DNA of 64,000 bases from Paragordius varius (Eukaryota > Animalia > Nematomorpha), in contig OZ176051.1 of NCBI GenBank assembly GCA_964247055.1, positions 5,270,001 through 5,334,000 of the forward strand. Reading direction: 5' to 3'. The notes below the pieces were generated by a model. It was not told the origin of the DNA and did no database searches. It worked only from the letters and a program-made list of their open reading frames with translations. How positions within the stretch are numbered: position 1 is the stretch's first letter; every line of letters begins with the position of its first letter. Shown here piece after piece: positions 37,441-49,562 of this stretch. A program made the translations under genes and the position numbers.

Positions 37441-38941
37441 TTTTGGATAGACATATTGTGTTACTGTCTTTTATTATTATCTGCAATAGAGGACAAGTGA
37501 CAACATGTCTCTTACATGAGTTTCCATCTTGGGCGGTATCCTTATCATAATTCAGTAACTGTCTTTTCATATCTTCGATTCAATTCATTTGAAAACCTCT
37601 CTCCCTTTGAAGCTGGAGATTCCCTTGGCTAGATCTCTCAAACATAGATTGTAAATTTAATTAAGTAATTTTTTCAATCTTTGTCAGGCAAATAAAAACT
37701 CTTCCTCTGTTAACAAATAAGCAAAATTTTTATAGAGTTTATCCCAGTAGTTGGGAAAACATCTACTAGTTTCTCACAAATTACATGATCCATTGATGAT
37801 GTAATAAATCGTCTCATTGAGCTTGTATTATAAGCGTCCCAAGTATTGTTTACCTCAGATATAATCTAGGAAAATTACTGATTTGGACGTCATGTTCCTG
37901 GGACTTTATCATCCCTATATATGGTTTTCATTCTATTTTTTTACTTGCTTCATACAATTTACTCAATTCTACCTTCCAAACATGCCCTGCTGATCTTAAA
38001 AATTCATCTCCTAGCCCTAATATTGAACAGGTAAAAGTTACGCTCTGTATGTGGTAATGCTTTTAAACAAACAATTGTTGAGTGACCAACACTTTAGCCG
38101 AATCCCAATAATAAAAAATCCTCCACAATGGAAATGAAGAATACTCACTCCCAGGCATTATGTCTTCCTCCCGTATAATCCTAGAATATGTACCTGCTCT
38201 ATTTCTCAAAAATACCCATCCTACAATTTCAGCTATTATTGAATTTCCAATTAAGCCTCCCTCTCCCAAAGCTTTCATTCCATTTTTAGCTGGGAGTTGT
38301 GCGCCACTCAGTGTAACAGCACTTGAAAACCTCTTTGCTATTTGTCTGTATGCTGTTTCTTTAACTGTGTATGCAGGTGCTAGTGTGCATATGGCAGTTG
38401 CCACCAAAAAATCTCTCAATGAATCTTGATTGGATCCAGTATATTTGTTTCTTCTTGTAATGCAGCTTCTTTCAATCTCTATAGGTGTATAGTATTGGTT
38501 CACTTGTGCCCAAATGTGAGGATATATCAAAAGCAAAACTGTCAATGCTTTCTTGTGATTAATAGACCACTAATAGAACAATTTCATAATTAGTTAAAAT
38601 ATAATGTTCTGTTGACACATTGGTTACTCTTGTTGATGCTGATTCAGTTCCCCCTGTGAGAAAAACTCCATTAATGCCTCTGTTAAGATGTCCAAACACC
38701 TTGCCAATACAAATTGTTGAGTGGAAATTGAGAATTCCACTCCCAACTTAAATATTACTTTGTTCATTCTGTAATGAAACACTCTGTTAAAAATTTGACA
38801 TTCTTATTAATGATTCCAGGAATATTTCATTATAAAGATAAACAAATTTGTAGCGATAGCACACTCCTTAACCCTGCTGGAAAATTGAAAAAAACTTTCG
38901 ATTGTTTGCTAATACTTATTGTAGACCCAAATGCTATCATA
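37441..38941 (-). pseudogene. Endogenous viral element copy A: decayed Mononegavirales-like nucleoprotein gene, putative ATG at 38801
   Basis: Joining frames gives ~470 aa: MSNF*QSV...DSLRDFLVATAICTLAPAY...FPLWRIFYY...SILGLGDEFLRSAGHVWK..LSKLYEA..KPYIGMIKSQE.D.QISNFPRL...LALQMASS. The PY..I..L..FP.L..G spacing matches the conserved central N motif of paramyxo-, filo- and pneumoviruses (recognised by eye). No introns; G-rich coding strand. Confidence 0.7.
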
Positions 38942-39654
38942 TCAATTTCCACTCAACAATTTGTATTGGCAAGGTGTTTGGACATCTTAACAGAGTCATT
39001 AATGGAGTTTTTCTCAACAGGGGGAACTGAATCAGCATCAACAAGAGTAACCAATGTGTCAACTGAACATTATATTTTAACTAATTATGAAATTGTTCTA
39101 TTAGTGGTCTATTACTCACAAGAAAGCATTGTTTGTAAAGCATTGACAGTTTTGCTCTTGATATCCTCACATTTGCGCACAAGTGAACCAATATTGTACA
39201 CCTATAGAGATTGAAATAAGATGCATTACAAGAAGAAACAAATATACTGGATCCAATCAAGATTCATTGAGAGATTTTTTGGTGGCAACTGCCATATGCA
39301 CACTAGCACCTGCATACACAGTTAAAGAAACAGCATACCAATAGCAAAGAGGTGTTCAAGTGCTGTTACACTGAGTGGCGCGTAACTCCCAGCTGAATCA
39401 GCTTTTGAAAATGGAATGAAAGCTTTGGGAGACGAAGGCTTAATTGAAAATTTAACAATAGTTGAAATTGTAGGATGGGTATTTTTGAGAAAGAGAGAAT
39501 GTTCATATTCTAGGACTATACGGGAGGAAGACATAATGCCTGGGAGTGAGTATTCTTCATTTCCATTGTGGAGGATTTTTTTTACTGGGCTAAAGCGTTG
39601 GTCACTCAACAATTGTTGATTTACAAACATTACCACACACAGAGTGTAACTTTT
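38942..39654 (+). pseudogene. Endogenous viral element copy B: inverted duplicate of 38033-38731
   Basis: Reverse-complement match from tcaatttccactc to gtaacttttg; peptides in ORFs 39416-39619(+) and 38063-38545(-) are near identical. Confidence 0.85.
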
Positions 39655-39669
39655 GATATATATATATAT

Positions 39670-42600
39670 ATATATATGGGTTGATAGAATTTAACATATA
39701 CCTATATCACAATATTATTTTTATAATTTCACTAGCTGGCCCTGTCAGGCTTCGCTGTGACGGAGTTTCATCAATTACTATTAATAATTTGCAAAAAATA
39801 GAGGAATAGAATAAATAAATATAAAAAACATTAAATAATGTCATTAATTATTCTTTTACGGGTTTTTGCATAGGCTCATTACTCTAAATTGACCATATTT
39901 AAACTGTTTCTTATGAAAGTTAATATTCAACTATCATTGGATTTATTTTAAGATTTTCATTTTACGAAATTATGGTTAAAAGTTTTATTTTAAAATTGTT
40001 AAGGGATATAAAAAGTAACTCATTTTTGGTTTCTTTTTTAAAGGAAAGAATGATATACAAATACGCCAGAAATGTGTTTAACTGAACTCGTATGTCTTCT
40101 TAAGTTTTTGTAATCAGTTCCAAAACCAATTTTTGTATGGCTTCTCAGTTTTTAAACCGGTAGACCCCTACCCATAGACCTATATGGAAAAGCGTTGAGT
40201 TAAATTATTGCCTTTACAGGGCAAATATGTATAATCATCTTTGATACCATCGTCTCATGGGTTATTTAAAAAATACCTCAACACTAAATAATCGTTATAT
40301 GATGGCGTATTTTTAGGGGCATAAAGGCCCCAAATTAACGGCTGATTAAAAACGCCTCACCTTTTGTTTCTAGTTAGGGGTAATATTTCAAGCTTTTAAG
40401 GAACTCATATGGCTTCATAATGTTCTCTATTAGCTCCAAAACAACGCAGTTTCTATATAGGGGGGCGCAGTTTTTTGGATAACCCCTTACCCAGGGTCAG
40501 GTATAAAAAAGCGTTGAGCATAATTTTGCCTTTATGTGGGGAATATCTAGATTTATCATGGATTCCATATGTTCCTATAAGTCTCAGGTTTTCTGAAATT
40601 TAGCTCAAAGGCAGGCTGTATCGATATTGTGACGCAGTTTTTAACCCTCTAAGCAGGGACGAAACAAAAAACGCTCGTTGCCTTAATTCGGGAAATACCT
40701 GGAATCATGATTGATTCCATATGCTCTAATTAGTTTTTGCAAAAATTGCCTCAAAACTAAAAAATCATTATGGTGGCGCATTTTTCAGGGCGTAAAGGGC
40801 TTAATTAACAGCTAATTTAAAAAACCACACGATCTGAATTTTTGCCATGTTACGGGTAATATTTTAAGCCCCTATTCAACTCATATGGCCTGATTATATG
40901 GAATTTAGCCCAAAGGCACGCTTTTTCGATATGACGGGGCAGTTTTTCGCGGGTAGGTCCTTACCCTACAGCCAATATAAAAAACGCACAACTAAAATTT
41001 TTGGCTTTTAACAGGGAAAACCTGGAACCCTCATTGAATCTCTAAGGTCTCATACTTTGGCCGAAAAATAGATTCAAAAAATTATTTTTGTAAACTTTCT
41101 TTTTTTAAAAATGGCATTTTAAAAGAGGGCCTAAATTAAAAAAAGCGAGGCGACTATGTTCGGTGCAATTGAAAAAAAGTAAAAGAAAATCATATTTAAA
41201 ATTGAATAGTTTAACACGTTTTCCGGAAAATTGTTTGTGGACTTCGTTTTCAAGAAAACCCGTTTTTTACACGAGGTGGGCCCTAACTGGCGCTTAATAT
41301 CAAAGAAAGAAGCTATTGTCGGGGCATTTAGTGTTTGACATTTGGATTTGAATAGGTGTACCGGTTTTCCAGAAACAGATCACAAAGCCAGCATTTTCAA
41401 TTTTTATAAAGATATAGATTATACAGACAAATAAAAAACTTTAGTTGTATAGCACTAGATATTATAGAAATAGTCTGTTTAAATTGATTAAGGGCATTAC
41501 AAGTTAGTGTCTTTTTTTCGAAAAAAAATGCATTTTACATCCTTTTTACGATATTATATATAAAAAAACATAATTTTATTTGAAAGCCTTAAACCGCTGA
41601 TGCGCATTTTATAGACGCAAAAATCCAGCACTCCATAAGAACAATGTAATTCAATCAGAATCAACACCATAAAAAAGATTTTTTGCCATGGATATTAAAA
41701 TCCACTAAAAATTTCCTATCGAAGCGAATCAATAAATTCAGTATAATTATAATATTGTTTTAAGCTGATGTTTATCTGACACAACCATACACTTTTTAAC
41801 AATTATTAATGTGTTTGTGGGATCCTATTTAATGTAAAGCATATTAAAAAATATAAATTTTGTAGATGATTTACTAGATTTTATAAAAAGTATATATTTG
41901 TTTAGCAAGAATATTGGATCGCCTCCATTGTAATACAAATTTTGATGCAAATTCGATTGCTGTCCTCAATAAAAACATCTCTTCTCATTGCGTACCATGT
42001 TTGGCCGCCATTGTTTGAGGAACCAACAAAAGAGCCTTTGCTAACACCGCGACATGTGTCCTGACTTTTAATGACTAATTAAAATGCCAAAAAAATAAAT
42101 ATTTTTTTCCTCCCTTATAGTCAAATAATTTAGCGTTAAAGGCCTTAACTAACAGATAAAATGGTTTAATTGCTGCCCTAGTTTATTTAAATGTAAAACC
42201 CCATATCTGCTGGATTAAAGTATGTAAACTTTAATTTTTATATCACTCTTTGGAAATGGGTTATGATTAATTTTGAGGATTGATCTCTATGTGTGTGACA
42301 CGAGCTTTATTTACCGTTGCAAACAGCAAGACCCGACTCTGACATGATTACCTGTCAATCATGTAAGACAATGACGTCCCGGGAAGCAACGGAATCGCTG
42401 ATTGAGCAGGGCTGGTTACCAATCTTTGGCATCTCCTTCTGAAGTTGAGAGTTGGTTCAAAGGAAGAATCATCGGTTATTTAACGCGGGTTAGAATCCTA
42501 GTCGGAGGTATGAAACATGGTCGCACAAAGGAGGAACGTCAACACTGATGTCCAATATCTCCAAAATTGGTCTACCTTAAAGGCCACACTCATTTAGAAG

Positions 42601-43170
42601 CAAATGATGTCCCCTTTTGAACCAAAGATGAAATCCTAAAATAAAGTCTATGATACATAGACCTTTGTTACTTTGAGGAGTATGGACCTAATTCTGTTTG
42701 TACGGTTATTTAATATCAAACATTGCTTTTACACACCCAACACGGTAAAATTAACATTTTATTTAATATATATATATATATATATATGTATATAGCTTAT
42801 AAACCATACTAACTTACATTAAACCTATAAAGGCATTTATTTATGTATATAGATAATAACATCAAACCCAAGTTCCGATGTGTCCCGCTGTAAAGCTCCA
42901 TGTGTTACGGGTGGGTAGGGACCTTGACGGCAGGTGGACGACGATCTTTCGACGCTAGCTTTACTTGTTTTTGTAAAAAAATCACCGGGAACCTTTTTAT
43001 CACATTTTTTTGTATGAATTTTTAACAAAATTAATGAATAATGTTGTTAGAAACACCAAATTACATGGAGCTTTTTGATAATTATTGATCCAAAAATGAT
43101 CTGTTTGTAGTTCTATCATATTTATAAGCTCCTATTACACTGCATAAAAAATTGGGGCGGGGGTTATAAT
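39670..43170 (+). mobile_element. Composite Helentron/DINE-like repeat (copy 2)
   Basis: Colinear with 17000-22007 but lacks the 1115-bp CACT insertion and one ~305-bp internal tandem unit. Confidence 0.6.
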
Positions 43171-43195
43171 TAGGGTTGTGCTGATGCAGGTCAGT

Positions 43196-43574
43196 CAGGG
43201 GCATATCATAAAAAGAAAGGGGTTCCTATCTTATGAAGTCCAAGACGAGGAGGGAATTAGCCGAAAACACGCGGATCAGCTACGCCAACGCATCTTGATA
43301 GAGACACTGATACAGCATCGGGGGAAGATAACATTCCCTCTATTCTTGTCGGCCAGCCTTTACAGCGGTCTCAAACCACAGAATCTACCGTGGACACCAC
43401 CTTCACAGAAACCTCGGAAACCAGAACGCAATCTCGCCTATCACCGGAGGAAAGTACCCTTAATCAGAGGGTTGTAGTAGAAGACCCAAACCCGGAAAGA
43501 AGATACCCGTTGCGCAAGTGTCAACCCCCCGATAGGCTAATATTAGAAGGAAAGTAATGTAAGGGATTTTATTG
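43196..43574 (+). mobile_element. Second Ty3/gypsy 3' fragment (SH3-like integrase tail, PPT, LTR start at 43558)
   Basis: GHIIKRKGFLSYEVQDEEGISRKHADQLRQR. Near identical to 37067-37401 but retains ~50 bp deleted there. Preceded at 43171 by a ~25-bp hAT TIR remnant (tagggttgtgctga). Confidence 0.9.
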
Positions 43575-43612
<38 letters not shown>

Positions 43613-43621
43613 ATATATATA

Positions 43622-44599
43622 TTTTGGATAGACATATTGTGATACTGTCTTTCATTATTATCTGCAATAGAGGAAGCCATTTGCAATGCAAGTGACAACA
43701 TGTCTCTTACATGAGTTTCCATCTTGGGCAGTATCCTTATCATATATTCAGAAACTGTCTTTTCATATCTTTGATTCAATTCATTTGTAAACCACTTTCC
43801 CTTTGAAGCTGGAGACGCTCCCTTGGCTAGATCTTTCAAACATAGATTGTAAATTCTATTAAGTAATTTTTCCTTGTTAACATCTTTGTCAGGCAAACTT
43901 AATAAGAACTCTTCCTCTGTTAAAAAATAGGCAAAATTTTTATAGAGTTTATCCCAGTAGTTGGGAAAACATCTACTAGTTTCTCACAAGTTACTTGATC
44001 CATTGATGATGTAATAAATCGTCTCATTGAACTTGTATTTTAAGCATCCCAAGTATTGTTCTTAGAGGACGACCATTTTTTGAAATAGTGTATACCTAGC
44101 AGACATAATCTAGGAAAATTACTGATTTGCAGGTCTTGTTCCTGGGACTTTATCATCCCTATATATGGTTTTTCTTCTATTGCTTCATACAATTTACTCA
44201 ATTCTTCTTTTCAAACATGCCCTGCTGATCTTAAAAAGTCATCTCCTAACCCTAATATTGAACAGGCAAAAGTTACACTCTGTATGTAATGTTTGTAACC
44301 AACAATAGTTGAGTGACCAACGCTTTAGACCATTCATAATAATAAAAAATCCTCCACAATGGAAATGAAGAATACTCACTCCCAGCATTATGTCTTTCTC
44401 CCGTATAGTTCCTAGAATATAAACCTTCTCTATTTCTCAAAAATACCCATCCTATAATTTCAGCTATTGTTGAATTTTCTATTAAGCCTCCCTCTCCCAA
44501 AGCTTTTATTCCATTTTCAAAAGCTGATTCAGCTGGGAGTTGTGCGCCACTCGGTGTAATAGCACTTGAACACCTCTTTGCTATAGTTTCACTTTAACA
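43622..44599 (-). pseudogene. Endogenous viral element copy C: C-terminal two-thirds of the N-like gene, 5' part cut by a hAT insertion
   Basis: Best-preserved motif region: EELSKLYEAIEEKPYIGMIKSQEQDLQISNFPRLCLLGIHYFKK. ORF 43543-43896 gives the helical C-terminus. Same junction with the LTR as copy A. Confidence 0.75.
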
Positions 44600-44600
44600 T

Positions 44601-46926
44601 CAGTGGTACTCAAACCGCGGGCCGCATGCGGCCCTAAGAGTGCTTTAAAATTGCCCTATTACCATATTGATAATCTTATTTTTTTATTGGTGAATTTTTA
44701 AATACACATAATCGAATTTTTGATTATTTTAAAATTAATTTATTTTAAATTTAATTTTTAATAATTTTTCTTTTTTACCCAATTTTAAATGTTTCCCTAC
44801 ATTAAATTGGTTCAAAATTTTGGCACACGTTGTTTCTGTTTCTATTTTCTTATCTATTTTGAAATTTTTATTGCATTCCTTTTTTGTATTCAAAAGCCTT
44901 TCACCCAAACTTGCATATACATATTCTTTTCATTATCCTGCATCATTTTTTATAACTCATTGCCATAAAATATTTTTCAAATCAACATCATTGAATTTCT
45001 ACCTGTTTTTTCCATAATATAAATTATATTCCTATTTTTTGATAAATTTACATAATATTTAAACATAAATTCAAAGGATGACATCTAATGCTAAAAAAAT
45101 AAATTATCCGATTCGCTTCTTTAAAAAAGAATGGAAAGAAAAAGTTTGTCGTTTTAAATAAAAATGTTGCTACCTGCCTTCTTATATGTAAGTACAACAT
45201 AATTATAAAAAAAATAAAATATGACATTTTACAATTCATCATTCTAATAAATTACCGAAAAATGATGATGTAAGAAAGGAAAAATATTAAAAGATTAAGG
45301 AATTATACCAGAAAGAAAAATCTATTATGTCCATAGCTTTCTCCCAGGAAAAAGCTGTAACATTAGCTTCGTATGAAATTATATTTTAGGAAAAAATATG
45401 AAACCGTTTACTCATTCCCAACTATAAAAGAATGTCTAATAAATGGTTGCACTTTTTTATTTGATAAATTCCATAATAATTCAACTCGACGCATTAAAGA
45501 TATGTCTAAATATATTTTAACAAAACATTATTGGCTCTAAAAAACTAATATTTAAGTTGCTATTGATTCTAGCACTGTTAGTTCAACACCCCAATGTGCG
45601 CTCTTCGTGAAATTTTCCAACGACAACATAATAAAAATAAACGAGGATATATATTTTTACCAATGAAATACCACGAAAGGAAGTTATTTTCTCGAAATAA
45701 TTAGCCCTTTTTTCGATAATAATGGTATATCTATGAAATAATTGGTTTCACAGATGGCTGTCTCTCTATGATTGAAATAAACAAAGGATTTATTACTCTT
45801 TTGAAAAAATATAAATTGCAAAATATTTTATCCTTTCACTGCTTTATTCATCAAAACTTGGTTTCGCGTATAAAGATAAATTTAGTAATTAAAACGGTTG
45901 TGAATATAGTTAACCACATCCGTGGCAGAGAATTCAACCGCCGTAAATTTAAAAACCTTCTGAAATATACAGAGTGAGTTTAATGATATTCTTTTGTACA
46001 CCGCTGTAAGATGGCTAAGCATTAGTTATTAAATAGATTTTTTGTTTTAAGACATGAAATCTATTATTTATAAAAGATAACAGAAACTTTGAAGAGGAAA
46101 TTAATAGTTACAAATAATGGGTATTAGCCTAACTTTGCGACATTATTTATAAACTTAGTATTTTTATTACAGGACTTCAAGTGAGCAAAAATAACCTAAT
46201 TAGCTAATCAAATATTTGTTTTGAAGAAAAATTAATTATATGTAAACAAGATTTTATAAAACACTCCTTTCCCACACTTAAAACAATTCATGAAGAAATT
46301 TACCGCGGAGATCAATTTAATAATAGACAATCATTTAATATATTAGTCTGATTCTTAAAACTCGTTGAAAATCCATGGCATATGGATATATCCAATATTA
46401 AGCAACTTGAGCATTTCGGGCAGGCGCATATATTAAAGAATTCGTAGATTTTAAAAATGATTCAGTTTGGAGGCTATATTCGAGGAGAACCGTAGAGAAA
46501 AAGATGTGTAGAGTTTTGGCAAGTATAAAAGAGCTCAAGTTATCCTAACTGTTTTTTCCTCAACTTACACGTGTGAGACGGCATAATCAAAAATTATGTC
46601 AATACATACAGAAATCGTCTAACCGATGATCATTGGACGACGTATTAAGATTGGCCTGTCATGAGGCTAAACCAAATTTGTTAAAAAATTGGTTATATCA
46701 AAATAAATGTTGTTATCAAAATATTTTAATTTTTTAAAATAAAAGGTGCAAAACATTTTGGCTGGATTTACATGCGATCCGCAAAAAATTTATTGTGCTG
46801 ATTTAGATTATAGTTATATGCATATGTGTCAAATAACTATGTAAAAATTGCCATTATAGGTTCATGGCCCTCGAAAAAAATCTATATTTTATTTGGCCCG
46901 TCAAATACTTTTGGCGAGTGTCACTG
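44601..46926 (+). mobile_element. hAT Buster/SPIN-like (GTF2IRD2-like transposase) decayed element, both ends present
   Basis: Ends cagtggtactc / gagtgtcactg. ORF 45768-45977 reads SFHCFIHQ..VIKTVVNIVNHIRGREFNRRKF, followed by VRWLS and FSSTYTCE remnants. No matching TSD. Confidence 0.88.
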
Positions 46927-48880
46927 ATCTATATATATATATATATATATATTGTTTATTGTTACTTATTGTAACTTTAAATTCTTTTAAATGGATAAAA
47001 GCTGCTTTCAAAAAAGTCAAAAGTTAAAACGGGAATAATAACCCAAATAAGGGGGAACTATTTTAATCGTTGGTTTAAAGAAATATGTTACCTGTTCCGT
47101 TTGTTAAATTTAGTTTCAGAACGGATTTTGTGGAAAATCAACTGGCAATGCCGGTTTAGTTGATCTTTTAACTTTAATATAAATTTATAATTAGTTTATG
47201 TCTTAATATAACCGATTGACGAAAATTCAGAAATGATTTGTTTATTAACGCATAAATTTTGTCTTACTACAAAATATTACGGTCTCGAATCGAATTACAT
47301 TCTGGGTAATCGATCGATAGCTCTTGAACTAGTCAAAAACTGGAACACTACCTTCTGATTTGCATTATCCAAAAAAATGTTAACTAATATATAACACAAT
47401 TATTAAATCGCCTTATAACTTTTCTGAAATTTGCCTTAGCATATGATATTTATGGAATTGAATCCGGTTGCATATAGTGATAATAAATACACACTGGTTT
47501 GGTGGAACTAACGTTGAAACCTATTTTAAAGATCAGGAAAGAACAAATTTCGGTACCATTAACTTTTAAGTAAAACCCGCCGGTTCCAAAATTTTAGGTA
47601 TCAACCCGCTTATTTAGTTTAGTTTTTTAACAACGAACGCTCAATTCGGTTACAACAGTCCAGAACTCAGTTTTTCAACCTTCAACAAAACCCTGCTACC
47701 AATAAATTTGTCAGTATGTTTGTTACACTAAACTAATAAAGCTAATACATGTTTGTCACAATCATTATATTTTTGGTAAACCGAGGTTCTTTATTTTTAA
47801 GACATGTTGGCATGGGATGGTGTCCTTTATACCAACCCTGAAAAGGAATTGAGCGATCATTTAATATACAATAAATTACTACATCAATAAAAAATATTTG
47901 ATTTATGCCATAGATAGCCTAAAGAATAACAAACTAGCATTTTGGTACTGTAAATTTTTAGCATACATCAAATTAAAAAAAACATTTTTTAAATATCATA
48001 AAAACACTCATACATTCGTTGTCGGTAAAGATTTTATATAACACAATATATCATCCTGTTATCCGAGTATTCTTATATTTTCACATTGTACATTCAAAAT
48101 GAAACATATTAATATAGATTGTATATGAATTTTAACAAACTATGCTTAATCTAAAACTTCCGATTCTGATAATTTCTTAATTGGATGAAATTATCGCGAA
48201 TCCCCTGTTTTTGCGTTTGTATGGTCTTAAATCTATCTATTCCAAATTTATTATTAAATAAAGGCTTGAAACAACCATACCGGTTAATTTTATTAAATTT
48301 AATTAATTGATATTTAATTTCTACTACACTGTTATTAATAGTGAGTTTTACCCGACGCTAGTGACAAGATAATTTCTAACAGTCTAGGGCGATTATAATA
48401 GTTCCTAACTCCTCTCATTTGTGTATCATTAATTTCGTTTTTTAACTCTGCTTTGTATAGAGTTGTTTTAAATTCTAGCATAATTTTAAAGCCTTATTAA
48501 AATGGTTAAATATTTAAAAATCTAACTTGTTAACAATATATAGACAATAATTTATACGATTTCATCCCCAAAAAACGCAGGTAATTTGTGCTATTCAATT
48601 CTTTATCGTCTACAGTTGGTTAACACAAATGGTTGTGAGCTGCATTTATGCGTCGAAAAATCCGACGGACCGCTTTCGCAAAATATATGGGAATCAACAT
48701 ATATATTAGATTCCATAAGACTGTAAAAACCACCATACATTTAAACAATTTTGCTAGTTCATTGCAAAAATTCGAAAAAACTTTTTTAGAGAACTTGTTT
48801 AAAATTAATTTTTTTTAGATTTTGTAAAACTTTTTGATTAAAACTTTTTCGCGAACCGCAGAAATATTGAGAGCTGCATA

Positions 48881-49562
48881 TAGGGTTGTGCATTTGACTG
48901 CTTTTTTTAAAAAGTCCGGTCAGACCCAGTCAGACCACGGTCATTACCACTTTTTACTTAAGTAAATATCATGCGATACTGGACTTTGAAAATAATGTTC
49001 GTACGAACTTGCGTTTCACTAATAATGTCAAGTTTTTTCTAAAATTTATATTTTTTAATATTTATTATTTACAAATATTTTAAATAAATTTAATCAAGAA
49101 GTTTGCTTTCAAATAATTTTACCACATTTTGTGGCCTTTTGAATCTTAAAATACAGAGCTTTTAATACTGGATATTTCAAATAAAATTTATCTAGTTTGT
49201 TTTAAACTTTCTTTCATCATTGAAATATCCAATTATAAAATGTTTATTCAAAATATTGGTTCACATATATGGAATAATTGCATATTTTGCAAAGTGGATT
49301 GTTTTGTTTTTCGAAGTAACTGGAATGCTAATGTTATAACATGTTTAACAATTTTATATTGTTAAATAAGCATTTTTAAAAATTAATTTTTTTAAAAAAA
49401 AACATTTAAAAAAACAATAAGATTTTTTCTCTTCCAAAAAAAATACCAGCAAGTTTTCTAAATACAACTGTTTTAAATGACTGTGGTCAAAAATCAAATA
49501 GTCACTGACCCGGTCATGACCCGGTCAATTGACCGGGTCATGACTTGGTCAGCACAACCCTA
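48881..49562. mobile_element. hAT-type MITE with perfect 8-bp TSD
   Basis: gctgcata|tagggttgtgc ... gcacaacccta|gctgcata, with subterminal gacc(c)ggtc palindromes. Confidence 0.92.

Noticed and set aside
38160-39636. ORFs 38160-38429(+), 38774-39214(+) and 39322-39636(-) as genes
   Set aside because: Antisense or frameshifted readings of the decayed N-like copies.
37122-43477. Identical peptide IETLIQHRGKITFPLFLSASLYSG in ORFs 37122-37304 and 43178-43477
   Set aside because: Off-frame reading of the gypsy pol tail; the true frame ends RRYPLRKCQPPDRL.
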